Source: an uncultured bacterium (GTDB lineage Bacteria; Fidelibacterota; Marinisomatia; Marinisomatales; UBA1611). Taken from it: a stretch of DNA of 64,000 nt. The stretch spans positions 64,973-128,972 of the forward strand of contig CBFIBM010000002.1 in assembly GCA_965660855.1 (NCBI GenBank). Reading direction: 5' to 3'. Below, piece after piece: positions 31,849 to 42,392 of this stretch (within the stretch, counting starts at the first letter, position 1; each line of letters opens with the position of its first letter). The notes beneath the pieces are model-generated. The model ran no database searches. It saw nothing but the letters and a program-made list of their open reading frames with translations, and had not been told where the DNA came from. A program made the translations under genes and the position numbers.

Positions 31849-33890
31849 TGATTAATATTTTATTTATCATAATAATTTCAAGCTTATTATCCGGAGAAAG
31901 TGTTCTTCCTCATAAAGACCTTTTTATCAATGATTCTCTTTTTTCTGCAAAAATTAAAAGAGATAATTGGGGAGTACCACATATTTACGGGAAGACTGAT
32001 TCAGATGTTTCTTTTGGTCTTGCATATGCACATTCCGAAGATAACTTTGAAACTATACAATATATTATTTACGCTTCAAGAGGAGAATTAGCTTCCGTAC
32101 ACGGTCAAGATGCAGCCGTGAATGATTATTACGTTCAGTTAATGAATTTTTGGGGTTTAATAGAAAAAAAATATGAATCAGATGTAACGTATGAGGTAAA
32201 ATTATTATGCGAAGGGTATGCTGCAGGAATAAATAAATATTTAGCGGATAATCCGGAGCTGCAAGATAAAACGTTTGGTTTTGTAACACCAGAGGATATA
32301 ATAGCAGGCTTTTCTCATAGAATGCCATTAATGTTTGGTTTAGATGGAGTTTTAAAAAAATTATCGAAAAAAAATCCACCCGAAATATTAGGAGAAAATG
32401 AAGATCTCCAAAGTGGAATATTTGATATGGTTGCCAGTAATGTTATGGCGATTGCTCCTCAAAGATCTCTTGATGGTTATACTCGTTTATGGCTGAATAC
32501 TCATCAACCTTGGGATGGTCCTGTTGCATGGTATGAAGCCTATTTAAAAAGTGAAGAGGGCTGGGATTTTTACGGTGCTTTATTTCCTGGGTCACCAGTA
32601 CCTTTAATTGGTCATAATAAAGATTTGGGGTGGAGTCATACAGTTAATTCGCCTGATTTGATTGATGTATATAAACTCACAGTAAATAAACAAAATAAAA
32701 ATCAATATTGGTTCGAAGGATATTGGAAAGATTTTGAAATAAGGGAAGTTGATATAAAAGTTAAAATTATAGGTCCATTTTCATGGACCTTTAAAAGAAT
32801 TATAAAAAAATCTATCCACGGACCAGTAATTGAATTTGATCATGGCAGTTATGGTTTAAGAATTTCATCGATAAAAAACCTTAGGTTTCTTGAACAATGG
32901 TATTCTATGGGGAAATCAAGAAATCTTGAAGAGTTTAAAGAATCCATGAAAATACATGCTATTCCGATGTTCAATACAGGTTATGCTGATAAGACAGGAA
33001 ACATTTATTATGTTTATAATGCAAAAATTCCAAAACGAAATAATAAATATGATTGGAATAAAATTTTACCTGGTGAAAGTAAGCAAGCACTCTGGTATGA
33101 TTATATTCCCTACAATAAGTTACCATATGTCGAAAACCCTATAGAAGGTTTTTTCCAAAATTGTAATAGCACACCATATCTTGCAACTGGGAATAGAGTT
33201 GATTCATCGAAACCCTTGCCAGATTGGACAGGGATTGAAAAGCACCAAAATAATAGATCTCTCAGGGCATTAGAGACTTTTGGAATAGATCCATCTATAA
33301 GCAGAGATGAATTTTTCAATTATAAATATGATGTTGAATATTCAAGAGAATCAATAGTTGCTGAGGTTAGAAAGCGATATCTTGATGACATGCTCGCTGA
33401 AAATATAACGGGTGAATTAAAGAAAGGACTAGATATTATAAGAAAATGGAATTTGAAAGCAGACTCATTAAATACTGAGGCTGCATTATCAATTTTGACT
33501 TTACCAAATGCATTTAGATTTGAAGATCTAAAATATAACAAGGATTCAATAACTGTAGCTCTATCTGAAAATATAAAATTTTTTAAAAAAAAATATGGAA
33601 GTTTAAATGTTCCACTAGGACATGTTTTTAGATTAATTAGAGGAGATATAAACCTTCCGCTTGAAGGTGGTCCAGGGTTATTAAGAGCAATATACATTAA
33701 GAAAATAAAAAATACTTACCAAGGAGTAGCAGGTGATTGTTATATTCAAGCAGTAGAGTGGGATCCCTCAGGAAATGTTTCTTCATGGAGTGTTCATCAA
33801 TATGGATCTGCTACAAAAGATAAAAATTCAATTCATTATAATGATCAGTCTTTTCTTTTTTCAAAACATCAAATGAAACAAATCAGATAA
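31848..33890 (+). CDS. Penicillin acylase family (S45 Ntn-hydrolase), secreted
   Basis: RDNWGVPHIYG, GLAYAHSED, beta-chain start SNVMAIAP, NTHQPW, QNCN. Confidence 0.9.
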   Translation: MINILFIIIISSLLSGESVLPHKDLFINDSLFSAKIKRDNWGVPHIYGKTDSDVSFGLAYAHSEDNFETIQYIIYASRGELASVHGQDAAVNDYYVQLMNFWGLIEKKYESDVTYEVKLLCEGYAAGINKYLADNPELQDKTFGFVTPEDIIAGFSHRMPLMFGLDGVLKKLSKKNPPEILGENEDLQSGIFDMVASNVMAIAPQRSLDGYTRLWLNTHQPWDGPVAWYEAYLKSEEGWDFYGALFPGSPVPLIGHNKDLGWSHTVNSPDLIDVYKLTVNKQNKNQYWFEGYWKDFEIREVDIKVKIIGPFSWTFKRIIKKSIHGPVIEFDHGSYGLRISSIKNLRFLEQWYSMGKSRNLEEFKESMKIHAIPMFNTGYADKTGNIYYVYNAKIPKRNNKYDWNKILPGESKQALWYDYIPYNKLPYVENPIEGFFQNCNSTPYLATGNRVDSSKPLPDWTGIEKHQNNRSLRALETFGIDPSISRDEFFNYKYDVEYSRESIVAEVRKRYLDDMLAENITGELKKGLDIIRKWNLKADSLNTEAALSILTLPNAFRFEDLKYNKDSITVALSENIKFFKKKYGSLNVPLGHVFRLIRGDINLPLEGGPGLLRAIYIKKIKNTYQGVAGDCYIQAVEWDPSGNVSSWSVHQYGSATKDKNSIHYNDQSFLFSKHQMKQIR

Positions 33891-34366
33891 TGAAAAAAAT
33901 CTATATAATAGCTATAAGTTTATTTTTTTTATCATGTAATGATGTTGAATTAATACCAGCTTCATCTTTAACTGTAATTGAAAAAATAAATAGTTATAGA
34001 GGAGAAAAAGCAGTTATCTTGAATGTATGGGCGCTTTGGTGTGCTCCATGCGTAGAAGAATTTCCAATGTTGGTAGAATTTCAAAAAAACAATGAAAATT
34101 TAGAGGTTGTATTTGTAAACGTTGATTTTCAAGATGAATTTGAAAATGTTAAATCTTTTTTAGTTAAACAGGGTTTAAAATCCCAATCATTTATAAAAAA
34201 TGAGAAAGACGATATTTTTATAAATGGTATCAATGGACAATGGAGTGGAAGCCTACCTTATATTATTGTCTTTTCAAAAAGTAAAGGTGTTGTTGTAGAT
34301 TCTTGGGAAGGAAAAGAACCAAAATCAAGGTTTCAATTAGCGATAGATATTGCATTAAGCTCGTAA
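33890..34366 (+). CDS. TlpA-like thiol-disulfide oxidoreductase lipoprotein
   Basis: Lipobox FLSC; LNVWALWCAPC. Confidence 0.85.
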   Translation: MKKIYIIAISLFFLSCNDVELIPASSLTVIEKINSYRGEKAVILNVWALWCAPCVEEFPMLVEFQKNNENLEVVFVNVDFQDEFENVKSFLVKQGLKSQSFIKNEKDDIFINGINGQWSGSLPYIIVFSKSKGVVVDSWEGKEPKSRFQLAIDIALSS

Positions 34367-34376
34367 AGGAGAAGCG

Positions 34377-34961
34377 ATGTATAACATATTTAAATATCTA
34401 ACTTTTTTTTCATTAGTTTTTTGTTCAGAACTAGAAATTGGTTCTGTAATGCCAAAAAGTAAAGTAGGCCTAAAAACTATTGATGGTGATATTATTAATT
34501 TATTATCTGTAAAAGGTGAAAGTGGAACATTAGTTATTTTTTCATGCAATACATGCCCTTGGGTAATAAAGTGGGAGGATAGATATGTAGATATAGCTGA
34601 AAAATATACTTCTAAAGGAATTAATATGATTGCGATAAATTCAAATGTTGCAAAATTTAATGGTGATGATAGTCTAATTAAAATGAAAGAACATGCAAAT
34701 AAAATGAAATATAATTTTATATATGCGCAAGACCCAGATGCAGAAATTGCAAATGCTTTTGGTGCAACTAAAACACCACATGTTTTTTTATTTAATCAGG
34801 ATAATGTTCTTGTATATAGAGGTGCAATTGATGATAACGCTAGAGATGCGAAAAAAGTAGATGAAGCATATCTTGCTAATGCTATAGATGCATTATTAGA
34901 AAATCGAAAAATAGAAAAAAAATCAACCAAAGCACTTGGATGCTCAATTAAATTCAATTAA
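34377..34961 (+). CDS. Thioredoxin/AhpC-TSA family redoxin, exported
   Basis: FSCNTCPWV, ATKTPHVF, YRGAID, GCSIK. Confidence 0.85.
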   Translation: MYNIFKYLTFFSLVFCSELEIGSVMPKSKVGLKTIDGDIINLLSVKGESGTLVIFSCNTCPWVIKWEDRYVDIAEKYTSKGINMIAINSNVAKFNGDDSLIKMKEHANKMKYNFIYAQDPDAEIANAFGATKTPHVFLFNQDNVLVYRGAIDDNARDAKKVDEAYLANAIDALLENRKIEKKSTKALGCSIKFN

Positions 34962-34966
34962 TCAAT

Positions 34967-36205
34967 ATGGAAAATATATATTTTAAAATCATTGTAGGCG
35001 CATTACTGTTTGAGTTTATTTTGTCTACTATAAGTTCTTTATTAAATATGAATAGTATGTCAGAGGATATTCCTGAGGGATTTGAAAATCATTATGATAA
35101 AAAAAAGTATTCAAAATCACAAGCCTATTTAAAAGATAAAACCCGATTTGGGTTGTTCTCTTCCACATTTAGTTTGGTTATAATATTAATTGTAATTAAA
35201 ACCTCATTATTTGGTTCATTAGATCTTTATGTAAGAGAATATGCAACGAATCAAATCATTGCAGGATTAATATTTTTTGCCATATTATTTTTAATTAATG
35301 ATATAATAAATTTACCTTTTTCATTATACAATATTTTTGTAATTGAAGAAAGATATGGATTTAATAAAACTACCATAAATACATTTATAATTGATAAGCT
35401 TAAAGGATATGGTTTAACTGTTGTACTTGGAAGTATGGTAATGATACCCGTTTTGTATTTTTTTGATACTTATGGTTCAAATGCTTGGTGGATAGCATGG
35501 GCATTGATTACTGCTTTTATGATTGCAATACAACCATTATTTGTTCATGTTATTGCTCCAATGTTCAATACGTTTACACCATTGGAGAAGGGTGAGCTCA
35601 GAACATCCATTGAAGAGTTCTCCAAAAAAGTAAATTTTCCAATTGGCCGAATAGATGTAATGGATGGAAGTCGAAGATCAGCTCACTCTAATGCCTATTT
35701 TAGTGGTTTTGGAAAGTCCAGAAGAATTGCATTATTTGATACACTCTTAGAAAAGCATAGTACTGACGAAATTGTATCTGTTGTTGCGCATGAAGTTGGA
35801 CATTACAAGAAAAAACATGTAATAACAGGAACTGCTTTAGGAATACTAGAAACTGGATTAATGCTCTATATTTTTAACTTTTTTATTTCAGATATTGAAC
35901 TTTTTAAAGTATTTGGAGTTTTTGAAACCTCTACATATTGTGGATTAATATTTTTTGGTATGCTTTACTCACCTGTTAGTTTAATTACTTCAATATTTAC
36001 TACCGCAATGAGCAGGAAAAATGAATTTGAAGCAGATGCATATGCATTGGAAATGACTCAAAAAGAAAAGCCACTGATCTCTATGCTGAAAGGTTTAGCT
36101 GCAAGTAATTTATCACATCTAACTCCACATCCATTGATGGTGTTTCTCTCTTATAGTCATCCTCCAGTAACAGATCGTATAAGAGCTGTAGAATTAGCAT
36201 CATAA
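34967..36205 (+). CDS. M48 family (Ste24-like) membrane metallopeptidase
   Basis: IEERYGFNKT, DGSRRSAHSNAYF, HEVGH, EFEAD, SHPP. Confidence 0.93.
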   Translation: MENIYFKIIVGALLFEFILSTISSLLNMNSMSEDIPEGFENHYDKKKYSKSQAYLKDKTRFGLFSSTFSLVIILIVIKTSLFGSLDLYVREYATNQIIAGLIFFAILFLINDIINLPFSLYNIFVIEERYGFNKTTINTFIIDKLKGYGLTVVLGSMVMIPVLYFFDTYGSNAWWIAWALITAFMIAIQPLFVHVIAPMFNTFTPLEKGELRTSIEEFSKKVNFPIGRIDVMDGSRRSAHSNAYFSGFGKSRRIALFDTLLEKHSTDEIVSVVAHEVGHYKKKHVITGTALGILETGLMLYIFNFFISDIELFKVFGVFETSTYCGLIFFGMLYSPVSLITSIFTTAMSRKNEFEADAYALEMTQKEKPLISMLKGLAASNLSHLTPHPLMVFLSYSHPPVTDRIRAVELAS

Positions 36206-36265
36206 TTTCATTTAATCCTTTATTATCTACTTTGATGAAAATAAATTTATCTAATATATTTTAAT

Positions 36266-36400
36266 ATGGAAAATCCATCAATAGTCCTTTGGATACCAAT
36301 AATTATTGTTTCACTTTTAAGTATTTTAAAAATGCTAAATAAGGGAGGCCAAAATGGTAAACCATGGATAAGAATAGAAAAGGTAGAAGAGAATGAATAA
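36266..36400 (+). CDS. Putative 44-aa single-TM membrane peptide (not in ORF track)
   Basis: ATG..TAA giving MENPSIVLWIPIIIVSLLSILKMLNKGGQNGKPWIRIEKVEENE; fills the gap and overlaps the next start by 8 nt. Confidence 0.45.
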   Translation: MENPSIVLWIPIIIVSLLSILKMLNKGGQNGKPWIRIEKVEENE

Positions 36401-37133
36401 TCACTTAGCTTTACGATCAGGTAATCCTGCATTACAGTCAACAACATTTAATAAACAATTTATTAAAGATTCAAATGGTACTATGACATTAAATGGAACT
36501 GTTAACAAAACAGGAATTTCATTACTAATAGTCCTATTTAGTGCTTCTTATACTTGGGTGACCCCAGTGATGCATTCTCTAGCATTACCAGCTACATTTT
36601 TAGGTTTTATTTTTGCTATGGTAAATATTTTCAAACCACAAATGGGGCATATTTTTGTACCGGCTTATGCAGTTGCTCAAGGGGTTTTTTTGGGAACTAT
36701 TTCCATGATATTTAATGGTATGTATCCTGGTATAGTTGTTCAAGCTGTTTTTCTTACATTTGGAACCCTTGGAGCCTTATTATTAGCCTACAAATCTGGA
36801 TTAATTAGAGCAACAGAGAATTTCAAATTAGGAGTCTTTGCAGCCACTGGTGGTATCGCATTTTTATATTTAATTAATTTTGTAATGGGCTTTTTTAGCT
36901 CTGGAATAGGAATTATTTCCAGTAGTAATACCATGGGTATTTTATTTAGTGGTTTTGTTGTTGTAATAGCTGCTCTCAATTTAGTTTTAGACTTTGATTT
37001 TATTGAAGAAGGAACTGAGAAAGGCGCACCCAAGTATATGGAGTGGTATGGAGCATTTGGTCTTTTAGTCACATTAATTTGGTTATATTTAGAGATACTG
37101 AGATTGCTTGCTAAGCTAAATAGCCGCCGTTAA
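36393..37133 (+). CDS. Bax inhibitor-1/YccA family membrane protein
   Basis: RSGNPAL, MTLNGTVNKT, YPGIVVQAV, LDFDFIE.G...APKYMEWY, WLYLEILRLL. Confidence 0.9.
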   Translation: MNNHLALRSGNPALQSTTFNKQFIKDSNGTMTLNGTVNKTGISLLIVLFSASYTWVTPVMHSLALPATFLGFIFAMVNIFKPQMGHIFVPAYAVAQGVFLGTISMIFNGMYPGIVVQAVFLTFGTLGALLLAYKSGLIRATENFKLGVFAATGGIAFLYLINFVMGFFSSGIGIISSSNTMGILFSGFVVVIAALNLVLDFDFIEEGTEKGAPKYMEWYGAFGLLVTLIWLYLEILRLLAKLNSRR

Positions 37134-37176
37134 AAAGTAGATATTATACTATACAAGGTTTATCTTAATTTACAAT

Positions 37177-38430
37177 ATGGATAAACCACTAATTACAAAT
37201 GATGCAGTTGTTTTGGGTGTCCTATTGGGGATATTAGCATTTGTTTTTACAACTTCTAAAAGTCATAGACCTTTCTGGAAAAGTTTTTACAGCATTTTTC
37301 CTGCTCTTCTTTTGTGCTATTTTTTACCTTCTATTCTAAATACTCTTGGCATTATTAGTGGGGACAATTCAAAACTTTATTTTGTTGCATCTAGATATCT
37401 TTTGCCTTCAAGCCTGGTCCTATTAACAATCAGTATAAATATTCCAGAGATAAAAAAGTTAGGTTCAAAAGCAATCATTATGTTCTTAGCAGGAAGTATT
37501 GGAATTATCATTGGAGGGCCCATTAGTATCTTTTTAATATCAATATTTTTTCCAGAAACAATTGGTGGAAATGGTCCTGATGCTATTTGGAGAGGAATGT
37601 CAACAATAGCAGGAAGTTGGATAGGGGGTGGAGCCAATCAGGCAGCAATGAAAGAGATATTTAACGTTGGTGATTCAATATTTTCTTCTATGATTGCTGT
37701 AGATGTAATTGTGGCAAATATTTGGATGGCATTCTTGCTATATGGTTCTGGGAATAGTAAAAAAATTGATAATTGGTTACAAGCTGATGTATCTGCGATA
37801 AAAAATGTAAAAGAAAAAATAGAAAATTATCAATCTCAGATTACTAAAATACCAGACTTTACAGATATTATTCAATTATTAGCTGCTTGTTTTGGAATAA
37901 CTGCAATAGCACATCTAGGTTCAGACATAATTACACCTTATATAAAATTAAATGCACCCGGTCTTTCGAAATTTAGTTTAACCTCTGGATTTTTTTGGAT
38001 CATAGTTATATCTACCTCAATAGCATTATTACTTTCTTTTACAAAATTAAAAAATTTAGAAGGTGTTGGAGCATCGAGAATTGGTAGTGTTTTTCTATAT
38101 ATCTTGATTGCAACAATAGGTATGAAAATGGATATAATGGCAATTTTTTATAAACCTAGCTTGTTTTTGATAGGATTAATTTGGATGCTTGTTCATGTAG
38201 TCATACTAATAAGTATTGGAAAATGGATTAAAGCTCCTTTCTTTTTTTTAGCAGTTGGTAGTCAAGCAAATGTAGGTGGTGCAGCTTCCGCGCCAATCGT
38301 AGCCTCGGCCTTTCATCCTTCATTAGCTCCAGTTGGTGTATTGTTGGCAGTATTAGGTTATGCTTTAGGAACATATGGAGCTTGGATTTGCGGTGTTTTA
38401 TTAAATTACACCTCAAATAGTATTATGTAA
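37177..38430 (+). CDS. DUF819 family multi-pass membrane protein (putative transporter)
   Basis: GSWIGGGANQAAM, GSQANVGGAASAP, GYALGTY. Confidence 0.85.
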   Translation: MDKPLITNDAVVLGVLLGILAFVFTTSKSHRPFWKSFYSIFPALLLCYFLPSILNTLGIISGDNSKLYFVASRYLLPSSLVLLTISINIPEIKKLGSKAIIMFLAGSIGIIIGGPISIFLISIFFPETIGGNGPDAIWRGMSTIAGSWIGGGANQAAMKEIFNVGDSIFSSMIAVDVIVANIWMAFLLYGSGNSKKIDNWLQADVSAIKNVKEKIENYQSQITKIPDFTDIIQLLAACFGITAIAHLGSDIITPYIKLNAPGLSKFSLTSGFFWIIVISTSIALLLSFTKLKNLEGVGASRIGSVFLYILIATIGMKMDIMAIFYKPSLFLIGLIWMLVHVVILISIGKWIKAPFFFLAVGSQANVGGAASAPIVASAFHPSLAPVGVLLAVLGYALGTYGAWICGVLLNYTSNSIM

Positions 38431-38457
38431 ATAATTACAGAAGTATATTTAGTTTAT

Positions 38458-39669
38458 ATGAGATATTTATTTATTTTTATTTTTTCATCATTTTCAATTT
38501 GTTTTCCCCAATTTGAAAAAAATTTACAATTAGAATTGATTCTTGCTCAAGATGGTGATACAGTACTGATAGAACCTGGTTTTTTCCCAATGCTTGGAAC
38601 TATATCAATAGAGAATAAAAAGAATCTTACAGTTAAGGGCTCAGGAATTAGTAAATCTATTATTTCATTCAATACACAGATAAGTGGAACAGAAGGGATA
38701 AAAATAAAAAACTGTCAGAATATAATTTTTCAAGATTTTTCTATTCAAGGGTATAAACAAGATGCTATTTTATTCGAAAAAGTAAATGGGATAGAGTTAA
38801 GAAACTTAAAAATAATGTTAAATCAAGAAAAAGTAGAGAAGAACGATCAAAATAGTCTATTTCTAAAAAATTGCACAAATTTTATCATACAAGATTGTTT
38901 ATTTAAATCTGCAATTAACTGTGGCTTATCTATATCTGAATCCATAAATGGAGTAGTGAAGTTTAGTGAGTTTATGAAAAATTCAATAGGAATTAAGATT
39001 ATTAACTCTTCTTCAATAGATATTCATAGTAATAATATTTTTGATAATGCTGGAGGTATTGCATTAATGAGCCTACCTGATTTGTCACTTCCTGATGCAA
39101 AAAAAATAAGATTATTTGATAATATCATTAAAGATAATAATTATAAAAATAAATCAAAAATAGAGAATTCAAGCTATTTAGTTCCAAGCGGATCTGGAAT
39201 TTTTCTTTTGGCAGCTGAAAATTTAGAGATTTTTAATAATAGTATTATTGATAATAAAACTTTTGGTATTTCTATTTTAAGTTACTTGATTACTGGATTA
39301 TCAACAAAAGATTCACAATACTCTCCATATTCTTCTTCTATATTTATTCATGATAATATTTTAAGAAAAAGAAATAAGATTCCAGAATTGAAAAATCTTA
39401 TAGGTAGAATATTATTTTATAAGTTCTTTAGAAACACACCTAACATTATTTATGATGGGAATATTAATCCTGTATTCTTAGGAAAATATGATATTCAACC
39501 TGATTTTAGGAGAATATGTATAGTCGATAATAAGGGAGCAAGCTATATAAACTTAAATGTTAAAAGAAATTTTAAAACTTGGTATAAACCATATATAGTT
39601 CAATATGAAACAGATATTAATGAGTGTTTTTGTGTACAAAAACCATTACCTCAAATTAATATCAAATAG
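38458..39669 (+). CDS. Exported right-handed parallel beta-helix repeat protein
   Basis: Signal peptide; AQDGDTVLIEPG; repeated N/G/I beta-helix rungs; VPSGSGIF..A...EIFNN. Confidence 0.75.
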   Translation: MRYLFIFIFSSFSICFPQFEKNLQLELILAQDGDTVLIEPGFFPMLGTISIENKKNLTVKGSGISKSIISFNTQISGTEGIKIKNCQNIIFQDFSIQGYKQDAILFEKVNGIELRNLKIMLNQEKVEKNDQNSLFLKNCTNFIIQDCLFKSAINCGLSISESINGVVKFSEFMKNSIGIKIINSSSIDIHSNNIFDNAGGIALMSLPDLSLPDAKKIRLFDNIIKDNNYKNKSKIENSSYLVPSGSGIFLLAAENLEIFNNSIIDNKTFGISILSYLITGLSTKDSQYSPYSSSIFIHDNILRKRNKIPELKNLIGRILFYKFFRNTPNIIYDGNINPVFLGKYDIQPDFRRICIVDNKGASYINLNVKRNFKTWYKPYIVQYETDINECFCVQKPLPQINIK

Positions 39670-39707
39670 GTTTTTAATATTAAAAAAATAAAAACGGAGA
39701 AAAACAA

Positions 39708-41336
39708 ATGCGTTTAAAGATATTCATTATAATATCTATTATAATTTTCTCTTGTGATACGGAGAAAAATAAATTAAACAGAGATGCAATTGGAATAGAG
39801 AATCTTATTGGTTTAAATTTTAGTCAAAGTGAACGTGATTCTTTGCTCCCAGATTTAATTTTATTAAAAAATAAATACGACTCGATACGATCTTTAAATT
39901 TGTCTAACTCTATTCCGCTGCCTCTCCATTTTAACCCACTTGTAAAGGGTCATCTTTTACCAAATGAAACGAGTAATTACAAATTTGAAGAATTAAAAAT
40001 AAATAAACCTGATAATATTGAGGAATGTGCATTTTACACTATTGATCAATTATCCCATTTAATAAGAACAAAGAAAATTAAATCTGAGGATTTAACGAAA
40101 ATGTATATAAAAAGACTAAGAAAATTTGGTCCTGAATTAGAGTGTGTTATCACAATTACAGAAAAAATGGCATTGGAGCAAGCTAAAAAAGCAGATCTTG
40201 AAATTCAAAATGGTTTATATCGTGGTCCTCTACATGGAATACCTTATGGTGTTAAGGACCTATTATCAGTTAAGAGTTATAAAACTACATGGGGAGCAAA
40301 TACACACAAAGAACAAATTATCAATGAAACAGCCACTGTAGTAAAAAAATTAGAAGAAAGTGGTGCGGTTTTAATCGCGAAGTTAACACTAGGGGCTCTA
40401 GCATGGGGAGATGTGTGGTTTAATGGTAAAACTAGAAATCCATGGGACCCCAGTCAAGGCTCTAGTGGAAGCTCTGCGGGTCCGGGATCTGCCACAGCAG
40501 CTGGTTTAGTTGCATTTTCAATTGGATCAGAAACATGGGGATCAATCATATCTCCCTCTTCAATTAATGGCGTTACTGGTCTTAGGCCTACTTATGGTAC
40601 AGTTAGCAAAGCTGGAGCGATGGCTCTGAGCTGGTCAATGGATAAAATAGGTCCAATGTGTAGATCAGTAGATGATTGTGCTCTAGTTTATAGTGTTATT
40701 AAAGGTTCAGATAATATAGATTTTTCTGTAGTTGATGTGCCATTTCAAATACCAAAAAAAGAAGAATTAAAAGAATTAAAAATTGGATATATTGCTAGTG
40801 CCTTTGAAAGTGAAGAAACTTCTGTAAATGATAAATCTGTTTTAGCTAAGTTGAAGGATTTAGGCTTTCAACTAATTCCAATAGAGTTACCAGAATTTCC
40901 TACGAATGCATTATCTTTTTTATTAAATGTTGAAGCAGCAGCAGCTTTTGATGAATTAACTAGGAATAATAAAGATGATGAGTTAGTTCGTCAAGAAAAA
41001 ATGTCATGGCCAAATATTTTTAGACAAGCAAGATATATTCCTGCTGTTGAGTATATTCAAGCAAATAGAGCAAGAGTATTATTAAATGATAAAATGAGAA
41101 ACTTGTTTCAAAAAATAGACTTATATATTTCTCCTTCTTTTTGGGGTGATAATCTATTAAGAACTAATTTAACAGGTCATCCATGCATTGTACTTCCAAA
41201 TGGATTTGATAAATCAGGTTTACCAACGAGTATAAGTTTTATTGGTGATCTGTATAAAGATGGAACTTTAGTATCAATTGCAAAAGCCTATCAAGAAGAG
41301 ACTACTTGGCATAAAAAATATCCACCAAGATTCTAA
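39708..41336 (+). CDS. Amidase signature family enzyme, predicted lipoprotein
   Basis: Lipobox IFSC; GPLHGIPYGVKD, GSSGSSAG, IGSETWGSI (Ser-cisSer-Lys triad). Confidence 0.9.
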   Translation: MRLKIFIIISIIIFSCDTEKNKLNRDAIGIENLIGLNFSQSERDSLLPDLILLKNKYDSIRSLNLSNSIPLPLHFNPLVKGHLLPNETSNYKFEELKINKPDNIEECAFYTIDQLSHLIRTKKIKSEDLTKMYIKRLRKFGPELECVITITEKMALEQAKKADLEIQNGLYRGPLHGIPYGVKDLLSVKSYKTTWGANTHKEQIINETATVVKKLEESGAVLIAKLTLGALAWGDVWFNGKTRNPWDPSQGSSGSSAGPGSATAAGLVAFSIGSETWGSIISPSSINGVTGLRPTYGTVSKAGAMALSWSMDKIGPMCRSVDDCALVYSVIKGSDNIDFSVVDVPFQIPKKEELKELKIGYIASAFESEETSVNDKSVLAKLKDLGFQLIPIELPEFPTNALSFLLNVEAAAAFDELTRNNKDDELVRQEKMSWPNIFRQARYIPAVEYIQANRARVLLNDKMRNLFQKIDLYISPSFWGDNLLRTNLTGHPCIVLPNGFDKSGLPTSISFIGDLYKDGTLVSIAKAYQEETTWHKKYPPRF

Positions 41337-41357
41337 CCTAAATAAAGAATATTATTT

Positions 41358-41960
41358 TTGATAAGACAAGCAATAAATCATTTAAAAATTCAGGATCCAG
41401 AAATAAAACATTTATTGGATGCTTTCATTATTGAAGACTTACAGCCAGTTAAAAATTATTTTAAATCCCTTACTAGAATTATTATTTTTCAGCAATTAAG
41501 TGGTAAAGCAGCTCAAACTATTTTAAATAGGTTCTTATTACTTTTTCCTGATAAAAATTATCCTTTACCTGAAGATGTTTTACTGGTAAGTGATAAAGAT
41601 CTTCGTGGTGTAGGGCTTTCTAGCTCTAAAACAAATTACTTAAAAAATATTTCTAAAGCTTTTATCAATGAAACATTTGATCATAAGAATATTAATGAAT
41701 GCAATGATAAAGAAATAATTGAACAATTGGTTAAGATTAAAGGCGTAGGTCCATGGACGGCACAAATGTTTTTAATTTTCACCTTGAATAGATTAGATGT
41801 TTTTCCCATTGGAGATTTGGGAGTTCAGAAGGGGTTTCAGAAATACTTTGAATTAGAAAAAATACCAACCTCTTATGATATGTTGTCCAGATCAGAAATA
41901 TGGAAACCTTATAGAACCATTATGACCCTATATTTTTGGAAGCTTGCTGATAATTTATAA
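41358..41960 (+). CDS. alkA: DNA-3-methyladenine glycosylase II (AlkA-like, HhH-GPD)
   Basis: IIFQQLSGKAA, IKGVGPWTAQMFL, FPIGDLGV, WKPYR. Confidence 0.88.
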   Translation: MIRQAINHLKIQDPEIKHLLDAFIIEDLQPVKNYFKSLTRIIIFQQLSGKAAQTILNRFLLLFPDKNYPLPEDVLLVSDKDLRGVGLSSSKTNYLKNISKAFINETFDHKNINECNDKEIIEQLVKIKGVGPWTAQMFLIFTLNRLDVFPIGDLGVQKGFQKYFELEKIPTSYDMLSRSEIWKPYRTIMTLYFWKLADNL

Positions 41961-42345
41961 ATGTGGCAATCTAATTATTAAATATAATATTAAAATAATT
42001 AGTGTTTATTTTATGAGTATTTTTTATATCTTAATTGGAATAAGTCATTTTTTTATTTCTGAGTGGTATATGCAAATTATTCCGCCTATTTTTCCTTTTA
42101 AATTAGAGTTAGTATATATAAGTGGATTCTTTGAAATTTTATTTGGTTTTTTATTAATATTTAAACGTGTTCGATTTATTATATCTTGGTTAATAATTTT
42201 ATTACTTATTGCAGTTTATCCATCAAATATATACTTAGCAATAAGTAACGGACAGGCTTTAAATATTTCACCTTTTATTGCTTGGTTAAGACTCCCTCTT
42301 CAATTTGTATTTATTTTTGTAGCATACTGGCACTCAAAAGATTAA
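41944..42345 (+). CDS. DoxX-like small membrane protein (true start probably downstream)
   Basis: GISHF, IIPP, SGFFEI, AVYPSNIY, RLPLQ. Confidence 0.75.
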   Translation: MLIIYKCGNLIIKYNIKIISVYFMSIFYILIGISHFFISEWYMQIIPPIFPFKLELVYISGFFEILFGFLLIFKRVRFIISWLIILLLIAVYPSNIYLAISNGQALNISPFIAWLRLPLQFVFIFVAYWHSKD

Positions 42346-42392
42346 AGTTTGATTAACTATATTTATTAGAAATGGAAATAAAAAAATAACAT

